From the NCBI GenBank assembly GCA_041650935.1, contig JBAZKH010000001.1:9243-73242 (forward strand): DNA of 64,000 nt. The letters are read 5' to 3'. Within the stretch, counting starts at the first letter, position 1; each line of letters begins with the position of its first letter. This stretch comes from Candidatus Omnitrophota bacterium. GTDB lineage: Bacteria > Omnitrophota > Gorgyraeia > 2-01-FULL-45-10. The notes beneath the pieces are model-generated. The model ran no database searches and was not told the DNA's origin. It saw only the letters and a program-made list of their open reading frames with translations. Shown here one piece after another: positions 55,725 to 64,000 of this stretch. The position numbers and the translations under genes are program-made.

Positions 55725-57725
55725 ATGGCGACTCTGATAATATTCGACTCATCGGTATGCGGAAAAGAGGCTTCTGCGGTAAAATTGCCGGGAAAGACGG
55801 ACGAGGCAGTCCTCTTTCCGCTTACATCCGACAGCGGGATAACGTCGGAATTCTTCAATATGGTTACAGCGGCAGGTTTTAAAGCCCGCTTATTGGACAC
55901 AGCAGGCCTGATAAACTCGGCGGCAGAAGAGCTGAGGGGCAGGTATTTGAAATTCATAGCCGACATGCCGGATAATGTCATTGCGGGCAATAAGAATATA
56001 AAAGAGATGTTCGCCTTGGACGGCGACACATCGTTATGGTGGCTTAGCCTTGTTGCCGGCAAAAGCAATTTTAAATCTATCGCGTTTAACAGTATTGCCC
56101 AGCTGGACGCGATGATAAAAGCGATAGGTGATAACGGTATAGATAATGCAGTATACGCCGGCCGTGACCATACGCTGAGGAAATCTTTCTTAGAATATTG
56201 CAGAGAGAAGCGAATATTGGTTAAGTGTCTGCCCGGCGCCGGATTTAAGGATATCCTCGACGGGGCGCTTCAATGGAAGCCGGTTGTATACCTCGGGCAT
56301 ATCTATTTTCTATTCAGGGCCGCGGCGGGATTTTTGGTCAGGATGTCAAGAGCGCGGAATATGGCGTCGAGGGCAGGCGGACCCGGCAGGGTAAAGCCGG
56401 GCTTTGAACATCCGATGCTCATAACCTATTATCCTGTAATAGACACAGCGCTTGCCGGGCAGGGCATATTCAAAAATATCCATTATGACTACATCCAGGA
56501 GGCGCTGGAATCTAAAGGCCAAAAACCGGTTTGGGTCGCCCTGTATCTTAAAAATCCGGCGGTCTCGCACGCCGAAGCCGTTAAATATGCCGAAAAATTT
56601 ATCAAGAACGGATATTCTATCTACATGCTTGACGAATTCGGATCCGTTCGAAGCCATCTGGCGGCTTTCCTGCGGATAATATCATTCGGGATGAAATTTT
56701 TGTTTTACGAAAGGTCCATAGCAAAGCTGCATGATCTCGGTGGTTACAATGTGTATGATTTTTTGAAAAATGACTGGTATTCATCTTTCTGCGGGTCGGC
56801 GGGTTATAGCGCCATCCTATATTACGAGATGTTTAAATCGATGTTTGCGGCCTCGCAGTACAAAAAATGTTTCTTCCAATGCGAGATGCAGCCGTGGGAG
56901 AAGGCGCTCATAAGCGCCAGGAATTTCCTGGGAAGTTCCTCCTGCCTGGTTGGGTATCAGGCCGGGGTTCCGGCAAGAATGCTTTTAGGATGTTTCAACC
57001 ATCCTGCGGAATTCAGGCGGGATTGCCGGTATCCGATGCCCGTCCCGGACAAATATGTATGTAACGGCAATGTCACATTTAACAACCTGAAGGAGTGCGG
57101 TTGGCCGGAAGATACATTAGGTATAGTCGAGGCGGTCCGCTATAACTATCTAAAGAGATATTTGGAATCGAGATGGGATAAGAAAAGAAAAGTCGTCCTG
57201 CTCCTTTTTTCGATAAGCGTGCACGAATCGAGCGCCATATTAAATACGGCTTACCATGCTTTAAAAGGGCTTGACGGCGTGGAGGTATGGATGCGTCCGC
57301 ACCCGTTTATAAGTATCGAGAGCGTGCTGAAACAGTCCGGCCGCGGCATAAACGATATACCGTTTGTGATCAAAGACGGGCCGCTCGCTGACTCTCTCCG
57401 TGAGGCGAGGATAGTAATAGGGGGCGAATCCGGCACGTGTGTAGAAGCCCTGGCCTTCGGCTGTAATGTCGTTCTGGTCAATAACCCGGAATGGATCAAT
57501 ATGTCGTCTTTGAAGCACGAAAAATCCGGCAATATTAAAACGGCCGGCTCGGCGGAAGAGCTTAAGAGTATCGTTACCGGGATACTGGCGCAAGCGTATG
57601 ACCCCGGAGTATTGAAAAAAGAGTCGGCCAGGATAATAGGGAATTATTATTATCTCGATCCCGCTTCGGATACGCCTTCAAGGATACTGGAGCTCTTGAC
57701 GCCGTTTGAGGCTAAGAAAGGATAG
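55725..57725 (+). CDS. large hypothetical protein (666 aa) with GT-B-like C-terminal segment (cassette A)
   Basis: C-terminal ...ARIVIGGESGTCVEALAFGCNVVLVN resembles the E..G helix of GT-B glycosyltransferases/2-epimerases. Paralogue of 59228-61213. Confidence 0.45.
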   Translation: MATLIIFDSSVCGKEASAVKLPGKTDEAVLFPLTSDSGITSEFFNMVTAAGFKARLLDTAGLINSAAEELRGRYLKFIADMPDNVIAGNKNIKEMFALDGDTSLWWLSLVAGKSNFKSIAFNSIAQLDAMIKAIGDNGIDNAVYAGRDHTLRKSFLEYCREKRILVKCLPGAGFKDILDGALQWKPVVYLGHIYFLFRAAAGFLVRMSRARNMASRAGGPGRVKPGFEHPMLITYYPVIDTALAGQGIFKNIHYDYIQEALESKGQKPVWVALYLKNPAVSHAEAVKYAEKFIKNGYSIYMLDEFGSVRSHLAAFLRIISFGMKFLFYERSIAKLHDLGGYNVYDFLKNDWYSSFCGSAGYSAILYYEMFKSMFAASQYKKCFFQCEMQPWEKALISARNFLGSSSCLVGYQAGVPARMLLGCFNHPAEFRRDCRYPMPVPDKYVCNGNVTFNNLKECGWPEDTLGIVEAVRYNYLKRYLESRWDKKRKVVLLLFSISVHESSAILNTAYHALKGLDGVEVWMRPHPFISIESVLKQSGRGINDIPFVIKDGPLADSLREARIVIGGESGTCVEALAFGCNVVLVNNPEWINMSSLKHEKSGNIKTAGSAEELKSIVTGILAQAYDPGVLKKESARIIGNYYYLDPASDTPSRILELLTPFEAKKG

Positions 57726-57733
57726 GCGAAAAG

Positions 57734-59227
57734 ATGAAGATACTGCTTGTATATTGTAACGCCATGCTGGAGAATGCGACGCCGATGTCGATTTCGCAGT
57801 TATCCGCGTGCCTGAAACAGGCGGGTATGACGGTGGAACTATTCGATACGACATTTTACCGCTATGGCGGCAAGAGCGCCATGGAGAACCGGATCGAGGC
57901 GCTGCAGATAGCGCCGTGTCCGCTGAATTTTATCGAGGGCGATATAGAAGAGGAATTCGTAAAGAAGATAACCCGGTTCCAGCCCGACGTGATCGGGTTT
58001 TCGGTAGTAGAGCCGATGTTTGGCCTTATGACGAGGCTTATGAAGTGCGCGCAAGAGGTGATAAAGAAGAATAATATAAAAGTAGCGGTGGGGGGCGTCC
58101 ACGCCATACTTGCCGCGGAAACTTTCCTGGGCGAAGAGATGATAGATTATATTTCGATCAGCGAAGGCGAAACGGCTTTTGTGGAACTGTGCCGCAGGAT
58201 AGAAAAAAAGATGAGAACCGACGATGTGGCCGGATTCTGGGTAAAACAGGACGGACTCTGGATAAAGAACGGGAAAGCGCCGATCGTCGATATAAATAAC
58301 CTGCCGAGCCTCGACCTGTCCATATTCTCGGAGTCGTATCTGAACAAGCCTATGATGGGGAGATGCTACCGGACGATCTCGGTCGAGATAACGCGGGGAT
58401 GCCCTTACAACTGTTCATACTGTGCCGACAGGACGCTGACGGAGTTATTCAAGGCCTCGGGCAGATGGTACAGGCAAAAGACTATGCAGAGGATAGAGGC
58501 CGAGTTTAAGGAATTGATAGCGTTATATAACCCGGAGTTCGTATATATCATGTCCGAGTCGTTCCTCTCCGGCAGTATAAAACGGATCGCCGAATTTGCC
58601 GACATGTACCGCAAGTTTTCCATACCGTTCTGGTTCAATACGAGGCCTGAAGATATAACCGAGGAGAAGGCGCGGCTTATAAAAGAGATCGGATGTAAAA
58701 GGATAAGCATAGGCCTGGAGCACGGCAACGAGGCGTATAGGAAAAAATTTATGTATCGCAACTATTCGAACGAAACTTTTAAACGGGCATGTGGGATACT
58801 GACGGATTGCGGCATATCGTTCTCGGTCAATCTTATCATAGGCGTTCCTTTCGATACGCGGGAGATGATATTTGAAGCTATCGATCTATTGCGCGAGGCC
58901 GGGCCGCAGGGAGTAAGCACTTTTATTTTCAGCCCGTATCATGGGTCGGACTTAAGGGGAGTGGCCGCGAGAGAGCGGATGATAAAACCGGACCTTATAG
59001 CGGGAGATTATTTCCAGCTCGATTATCAACTGACCAATAATACTATCTCGGAGGAGGAGGTCTTCGGCATGTTCAGGACGATACCTCTCTATATCGAATT
59101 GGATAAAAAAGAGTTTCCGCGCATCAAAAAGGCGGAAAAGTTCGACCGGGCGGGTGATGAGGCTTTCGCGGAGCTTAGGGGAGAGTTCTATAAAATGAAA
59201 GGCTGGCAGCTGCCTCAAAAGGTATAA
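57734..59227 (+). CDS. cobalamin-binding (class B) radical SAM enzyme #8 (cassette B)
   Basis: MKILLVYCNAMLENATPMSISQLSACLKQAG..., TRGCPYNCSYCAD. 497 aa. Confidence 0.75.
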   Translation: MKILLVYCNAMLENATPMSISQLSACLKQAGMTVELFDTTFYRYGGKSAMENRIEALQIAPCPLNFIEGDIEEEFVKKITRFQPDVIGFSVVEPMFGLMTRLMKCAQEVIKKNNIKVAVGGVHAILAAETFLGEEMIDYISISEGETAFVELCRRIEKKMRTDDVAGFWVKQDGLWIKNGKAPIVDINNLPSLDLSIFSESYLNKPMMGRCYRTISVEITRGCPYNCSYCADRTLTELFKASGRWYRQKTMQRIEAEFKELIALYNPEFVYIMSESFLSGSIKRIAEFADMYRKFSIPFWFNTRPEDITEEKARLIKEIGCKRISIGLEHGNEAYRKKFMYRNYSNETFKRACGILTDCGISFSVNLIIGVPFDTREMIFEAIDLLREAGPQGVSTFIFSPYHGSDLRGVAARERMIKPDLIAGDYFQLDYQLTNNTISEEEVFGMFRTIPLYIELDKKEFPRIKKAEKFDRAGDEAFAELRGEFYKMKGWQLPQKV

Positions 59228-61213
59228 ATGAGAACCCTTGTGATTTTCGACTCTTCAAAAACTATCCTGGCGCGTCGCTCGCGCGCGTTTTCCGCCGGCG
59301 ATACGGCATACCTATTCCCGATGAACGTGGACAAACGCTCGCTGGAGGGAACAGCCGGGGTATTAAAAAGCGCCGGCTCAAAAGTCGAAGTTATAGATAC
59401 CGGCAGGTTGATAAACGATACGGCGGAGGACTTGAGGCTGAAATATGTCAAATTTATCGCAGAGCTTCCCGGGAGGGTCTCTTACCGGGGGAAAAATCTA
59501 AAGGAGCTCTTTGCCGTAGACGATACCGCGTCGCTATGGTGGTACAGCCTGGTTGCCGAAAAATGTACTTTCAAATCCGACGCGTTTAACAGTATCGTCC
59601 AGTTCAATTCTATAATCAAAATAATAGAGGAAAAGCAGATAGAAAGGATATTGTACGGTTGCGATGATTATATCCTTGGAAAAGAGCTTCTTCGATATTC
59701 AAAAGAGCATTCGATAGCGGCGGAAACGATAGCGGTCAGGACCTTAAAAGAGACCGCGCGCAATGTTTTTAAGTCCGGCATATTCGTTTATCTCAAACAT
59801 ACGGCATTGCTTTTTATCGGCAGCCGGAAGACCTTTTTGGACATGTACAGGATCAAACGGGCCTACGGCAAGGTGCAAGCGCCGGTTCCCGCGGCCGGAA
59901 AATCGATTTTTGTAACTTATTATCCGGCCTTCGATATCCGGCAGGCCGATAAAGGCATATACGTAAACAGCAATTATCCGTATTTGCAGGAAGCTCTGAA
60001 ATTACGCCGCGCGGAGATTACGTGGGTGGCGCTTTATGTCCAGCATGCAACAATACCTTTTGCGGACGCCCTGGGATATTGGAAAAGATTCGCCGGCAAC
60101 GGTTACAACATAGTCTTCGTGGACAATTTCTTTTCCGCGCGGATGCATATCAATACATTGTTCCCGGTCCTCGTCAACGGCTTTAAGCTATTATATTACA
60201 GAAAACGGATCAAAGGGGCCCATGAGTTCGAGGGCCATAATGTCTATGGCTTTTTGAAGAACGACTGGTATGCGTCTTTTGCCGGGTTTACCGGGTATAC
60301 AGGTTTGCTATATTACCGCCTTTTCAGGAGCATCCTGGGAAAAGTAAAAGGGCAGGTGTGCGTATATCCATTCGAGATGCACTATTGGGAGAAGGCTATC
60401 GTAGATGCAAGAAATTCCATCAAATCGCAAACAGCCCTTTTTGCATATCAACCGGCCGGCATATCGCGGATGTCGTTGAATTATTTCAATCATCCGCTTG
60501 AAATAAACGCGAACGGGCCGTATCCAATCCCGGTGTCGGATAAGCTCTTATGCGACGGGCCTATAACCAGCGGTTATCTTAAAACGTCCGGCCGGGATGC
60601 CGGCAGCCTGGAGATCGTCGAAGCGATAAACTACTACCATCTTCGAAGATATTTTTCCGATAATGTAAAAGAGAAAAAGGATGAGGTGCTGATACTATTA
60701 TCCATCCATCCGAAGGAGAGCCGTTCACTGCTCATGGCAGCTTATGAAGCATTTAAAGATTCCGGGGATGTCCGTGTCCTGGTCAAGCTCCACCCGTATT
60801 TAAATTTAAACGAAACCCGTAAACTGCTGAAAAAGGCGGTCAATGGTATACCTTTTCCGGTCAAGGCGGGGCCTATCGACAAGTGTTTGTCGGAGGCGAG
60901 GATAGTAATAGCCGGAGAAACGACCGCCTCAATCGAGGCTTTGGCGTATGGATGCGAAGTAATAAATGTCGATTCGCCCGATTGGATCAATATGTCTCCC
61001 TTAAAGACCATGGCATGTCCGGTTGTCAGGACTGTCAGGTCTCCCATTGAACTGCGGCAGGCGGTCTTAAGCATATTCAGCAGAAGATACGACCCGGCAG
61101 CCAATTTTTCCGAGGCGCGGAAGATAATAGAAGGTTTTTTCTACCTGGGCGACAAGATAAACGTACCAGAAAGATTTGTGAACTTGATCTATTCGGAGAG
61201 CATGCGCGGATGA
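59228..61213 (+). CDS. large hypothetical protein (661 aa) with GT-B-like C-terminal segment (cassette B)
   Basis: Shares N-terminus (M.TL.IFDSS), LWW.SLVA.K..FKS.AFNSI.Q, GYN.VDFLKNDWY.SF.G and C-terminal ARIVIAGETTASIEALAYGCEVINV blocks with 55725-57725. Confidence 0.45.
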   Translation: MRTLVIFDSSKTILARRSRAFSAGDTAYLFPMNVDKRSLEGTAGVLKSAGSKVEVIDTGRLINDTAEDLRLKYVKFIAELPGRVSYRGKNLKELFAVDDTASLWWYSLVAEKCTFKSDAFNSIVQFNSIIKIIEEKQIERILYGCDDYILGKELLRYSKEHSIAAETIAVRTLKETARNVFKSGIFVYLKHTALLFIGSRKTFLDMYRIKRAYGKVQAPVPAAGKSIFVTYYPAFDIRQADKGIYVNSNYPYLQEALKLRRAEITWVALYVQHATIPFADALGYWKRFAGNGYNIVFVDNFFSARMHINTLFPVLVNGFKLLYYRKRIKGAHEFEGHNVYGFLKNDWYASFAGFTGYTGLLYYRLFRSILGKVKGQVCVYPFEMHYWEKAIVDARNSIKSQTALFAYQPAGISRMSLNYFNHPLEINANGPYPIPVSDKLLCDGPITSGYLKTSGRDAGSLEIVEAINYYHLRRYFSDNVKEKKDEVLILLSIHPKESRSLLMAAYEAFKDSGDVRVLVKLHPYLNLNETRKLLKKAVNGIPFPVKAGPIDKCLSEARIVIAGETTASIEALAYGCEVINVDSPDWINMSPLKTMACPVVRTVRSPIELRQAVLSIFSRRYDPAANFSEARKIIEGFFYLGDKINVPERFVNLIYSESMRG

Positions 61214-62055
61214 GGAGCTGGTATAAATATTTCATAAACTATAATACCGAAGAGAAGATTGTTGCGAAGGACGCAAGCTTTGCAGACCATAAAAAATCTA
61301 TGGAAGGATATAGTTCTGCCAAAGGCTATGGTTCGAAAGAGGATTTTTTCCGGACGCATTTTTTAAACGCCCACCCTAGGCATAGGTATTACCATGATTA
61401 CCTGCGCACGCATCTCAATAAGGCGGACAATATACTTTCTATCGGTAGCGGCCGGTGTGTTAACGAATTACTGCTAGCGGAGGAAGGTTTCAGTATAACG
61501 TGTTCTGACCTTGAACAGCCGTGCATGGGCGAGACAGCGCGGCTTTTCCCCGGGATGCGTTTTATGAAATACGACGTAACGAAAGGGCCGGTGGAAGACA
61601 AATTCGATTCAATAATCTGTTTAAGCATATTCTATCTTTTTGACAAAACCATGCTCGCGGAGGTCTTCAGGAACGTGTCCGACAGCCTGAAGCCGGGGGG
61701 CAGTTTTATCGTAGACCCGTGTGGCGCCGAAAACAACGTCTGGACACGCATCATCGACGATATCATATGCCCGTTGGAAATGGTGCTGATAATGTTTTTG
61801 AAGCGTTTGACGGGAAAACGGCGTTGTATCGTTACCAAAAAGCACCAGGGCTACAGGACTACCAATGCCGAATTGACGGCGATAGCCGGAAAAGCGGGCT
61901 TTCGCCTGCGCAGTATCGAGAAATATGACCATTTTACGGAATTCGGCATGAGGAGCAACTTTTTTAGCAGGTTGCCGAAAGGCATTGTAAGGCTTTTTGG
62001 TAGAGGAGCTCCTTATGTGCGCATGATTAGCTTCGAAAAAAACTTAACGGAGTAA
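61210..62055 (+). CDS. class I SAM-dependent methyltransferase
   Basis: ILSIGSGRCVNE motif I-like, LKPGGSFIV. 281 aa. ATGA overlap upstream. Confidence 0.55.
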   Translation: MRSWYKYFINYNTEEKIVAKDASFADHKKSMEGYSSAKGYGSKEDFFRTHFLNAHPRHRYYHDYLRTHLNKADNILSIGSGRCVNELLLAEEGFSITCSDLEQPCMGETARLFPGMRFMKYDVTKGPVEDKFDSIICLSIFYLFDKTMLAEVFRNVSDSLKPGGSFIVDPCGAENNVWTRIIDDIICPLEMVLIMFLKRLTGKRRCIVTKKHQGYRTTNAELTAIAGKAGFRLRSIEKYDHFTEFGMRSNFFSRLPKGIVRLFGRGAPYVRMISFEKNLTE

Positions 62056-62059
62056 AAAT

Positions 62060-63127
62060 ATGCCAGAAATAAAAAAATACTTAAAGGATCTTCATCGTAC
62101 CAATCCGGCCGAAGCGCTACGGAAGGGCCGGATGCGGCTCGATATGAACGAAGGTGTCCACGGCCTTCCCGATGGATTCGTGCGGTCCGTAGCGGGTAAG
62201 ATCGACAATAAGCTTATGTTGACATATCCCGCATGCGCCGGACTATTGAAGAAGATCGCCCGGCATAACGGGATCAGGCCGGAGAATATATGCCTGGGCA
62301 ACGGCTCGGATGGCGTCATAAAGTATATATTCGATGCGTACATTTCCCCTAACGATAAAGTATTGCTGACTAACCCGACTTTTGCCATGTATCCGATATA
62401 TTGCAGGATCTCCGACGCAAAGCCGGTAGTAATCGATTATAAACCCGACCTGACATTCCCTTTCGAGGAATTCATCGGCAAGCTTAAGCGGGGTGTTAAG
62501 ATGGCGGTAGTCGTAAACCCTAACAACCCTACGGGTGATGTGATCGACCCGGACAGGATGGTTTATATGATCAGGCACGCCGCGCAGAATGATATTCTGA
62601 TGGTTGTCGACGAGGCGTATTTCTACTATTATCCGGAAACGGTGATAAAACTTGTCGCTAAATATGACAATCTGATAATCCTCAGGACTTTTTCCAAGCT
62701 GTGCGCCATGGCTAATGTGAGGATAGGTTATGCCGCCGCGGCGCCTTCCGTGATCCGAAATATAAAAAAAGTGAAGCCTTCGTTCGATGTTAACGGCCTA
62801 GCGGTGTTATTTACATCCGAACTTCTCGACAGGCCCGCAATAATATCGGCTATGACGAAAAAAGCCAGGGCGGGCGGTGATTATCTTTGCAGAATGCTTA
62901 AAAGGGCCGGCATAGAGCACAGGGGAGGCAATACTAACTTCATCCTGATAAAGTGCGGCAGCCGCGCGGGCGAGATAGTGAAGAAACTTAAATCCCGCGG
63001 GATCTTGGTCAGTGGTAATTTCAGCCAACCGTTCCTGAAGGATTATTTACGCGTTACCATCGGAGATAAGTCCCAAATGGCGCATTTCTGGAAAACTTTT
63101 GTTTCTATCTGGAGGCGTACGAAGTAG
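62060..63127 (+). CDS. class I/II PLP-dependent aminotransferase (histidinol-phosphate aminotransferase/HisC-like family)
   Basis: NPNNPTGDVI, TFSKLCAMANVRIGY (PLP-Lys motif). 355 aa. Confidence 0.65.
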   Translation: MPEIKKYLKDLHRTNPAEALRKGRMRLDMNEGVHGLPDGFVRSVAGKIDNKLMLTYPACAGLLKKIARHNGIRPENICLGNGSDGVIKYIFDAYISPNDKVLLTNPTFAMYPIYCRISDAKPVVIDYKPDLTFPFEEFIGKLKRGVKMAVVVNPNNPTGDVIDPDRMVYMIRHAAQNDILMVVDEAYFYYYPETVIKLVAKYDNLIILRTFSKLCAMANVRIGYAAAAPSVIRNIKKVKPSFDVNGLAVLFTSELLDRPAIISAMTKKARAGGDYLCRMLKRAGIEHRGGNTNFILIKCGSRAGEIVKKLKSRGILVSGNFSQPFLKDYLRVTIGDKSQMAHFWKTFVSIWRRTK

Positions 63128-63142
63128 GCGGGGTGTGCAACT

Positions 63143-63874
63143 ATGCGCAAGGCAGTCTTTCTCGATTTTGACGGTGTATTGTTCGATACGGTAAAAGAGG
63201 CTTACTATATCGCTATGCTCGCTTCAGGCAAAGCCGAGTCCGCGGACGATATCGATTTCAATTCGGAGCATTATGCGAAGTTTAGAAAATACAGGTTTTT
63301 GATAACGAAAGCCCCGGATTATTATTATCTGCTCAAAGCTATAGATAAAAGAAACGGGATGCCCGGCATATACAGCGCGCTTCTTGGGACCGATAAAGCG
63401 GGCGAGGAGAAGTTTAAAAGGAAGTATTTTGCACGGCGCAAGTCATTTAAAACCAAGAACCGCGATTTCTGGCTTTCATTGAATACGCCGTATGTTTTTT
63501 TTCACCGTATCAGGTATATAGTCGGGCGAAAGCCGGAAGTGTTTTTCATAATAACGACGAAGGACAAGGATACGGTGATCGACCTGCTAAAGATCCAGGG
63601 GATCAGGTTTTTTAAAAGAAACATCTTTGACTTGAGCGCCGGAGACGTTTTTAGATCAAAAAGAGAGGCCATACTATTTGTGTGCGGGAAATATAGGGTG
63701 AAGAGGAGCTTGTATATAGATGATTCTGCGTACCACCTTGCGCAGGCATCGGGAATACCGGGTATGGATATATTGCAGGCCGGATGGGGATACGCGGGCG
63801 GATCAAAAAATACCGCCGGCGAATCGGAGGCCCTGGCTAGGATAGAAAAATTTTTCGGAGGTAAAAATGTATAA
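63143..63874 (+). CDS. HAD-superfamily hydrolase/phosphatase
   Basis: VFLDFDGVLFDT DxDG motif I. 243 aa. Confidence 0.55.
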   Translation: MRKAVFLDFDGVLFDTVKEAYYIAMLASGKAESADDIDFNSEHYAKFRKYRFLITKAPDYYYLLKAIDKRNGMPGIYSALLGTDKAGEEKFKRKYFARRKSFKTKNRDFWLSLNTPYVFFHRIRYIVGRKPEVFFIITTKDKDTVIDLLKIQGIRFFKRNIFDLSAGDVFRSKREAILFVCGKYRVKRSLYIDDSAYHLAQASGIPGMDILQAGWGYAGGSKNTAGESEALARIEKFFGGKNV

Positions 63875-64000
63875 ATCGGAAAAAGCGCTATTCGCGCAGT
63901 TGTTGAATCTTAAAAAGAATTATGGTCTCAAGGGCATAAAAGCTGAATTCGAGGCGGAGGGATCCTCCTTCAGGGATATCGTGCGGCTCCGGAGGATGAC
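63867..64000 (+). CDS. 5' fragment of an unidentified gene (continues beyond window)
   Basis: ATG 63867 overlaps the HAD stop. Open to the window end (MYKSEKALFAQLLNLKKNYGLKGIKAEFEAEGSS...). No family assignable. Confidence 0.3.
   Translation, partial: MYKSEKALFAQLLNLKKNYGLKGIKAEFEAEGSSFRDIVRLRRM

Noticed and set aside
31-63028. All - strand ORFs in the six-frame track (about 120 ORFs, many of 100-280 aa, for example 12153-12992, 20834-21640, 31459-32049, 45570-46214)
   Set aside because: Each lies wholly inside a well-supported + strand gene. None shows a recognisable motif, and many are Arg/Pro/Ser-rich as expected for antisense frames.
1-64000. CRISPR arrays, tRNA/rRNA genes, transposases or integrases
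   Set aside because: I found no regularly spaced direct repeats, no cloverleaf-compatible segments in the few intergenic gaps, and no DDE/tyrosine recombinase-like ORFs.

Overview
The whole 64 kb window is a co-directional glycan biosynthesis megalocus on the + strand. I count about 56 genes, with no convincing gene on the - strand. All - strand ORFs in the track sit inside + strand genes and lack recognisable motifs. Many junctions are ATGA or TAATG start/stop overlaps, and there are only about 8 real intergenic gaps. The host is Gram-negative, because an LptD homologue is present; the lineage cannot be named from sequence alone.

Gene order:
- 1-3071: a GGDEF C-terminal fragment, transaldolase and LptD.
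- 3160-7776: a UDP-glucose 6-dehydrogenase gene and a dTDP-rhamnose-type set (RmlC-like cupin, RmlA-like nucleotidyltransferase, RmlB, RmlD).
- 7828-12120: a WbpA/TviB-like UDP-HexNAc dehydrogenase, an SDR 4-epimerase, a UDP-glucuronate decarboxylase and a DegT-type aminotransferase.
- 12129-34207: four GT2 glycosyltransferases, methyltransferases, a Wzy/O-antigen-ligase-like membrane protein, two transglutaminase-like proteins, a thiamine-diphosphate E1 alpha/beta pair, a GDP-heptose module (HddA, HddC) followed by a ColD/E1-like 3-dehydratase and an Fcl-like epimerase/reductase, and a GT-C/TPR membrane protein.
- 34264-44651: a MarR/GbsR-like regulator, two cytidylyltransferases (one fused to a GT2), a SAF-less NeuB-like synthase, an AsnB-type amidotransferase and a NodU-type carbamoyltransferase.
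- 44757-64000: a Wzx-like flippase, a Gfo/Idh/MocA oxidoreductase, an SDR, a zinc-ribbon methyltransferase, a HisC-like aminotransferase and a HAD hydrolase.

The most unusual content is eight cobalamin-binding (class B) radical SAM paralogues plus one SPASM-type radical SAM enzyme spread through the locus. Two of the class B genes sit in a tandemly duplicated two-gene cassette, each paired with a 660 aa protein of unknown function. This suggests a heavily radical-tailored polysaccharide (C-methylated, epimerised and/or branched) that I believe has not been described, but I could not run any database search to check.

Regulatory signals:
- A perfect 30 bp palindrome overlaps the -10 of a TTGACA-N17-TATCAT promoter, and a 23/24 copy of its core lies in front of the MarR/GbsR-like regulator.
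- A 24 bp-arm inverted repeat bridges the rmlA-like/rmlB gap.

No rRNA, tRNA, CRISPR or transposase was seen.
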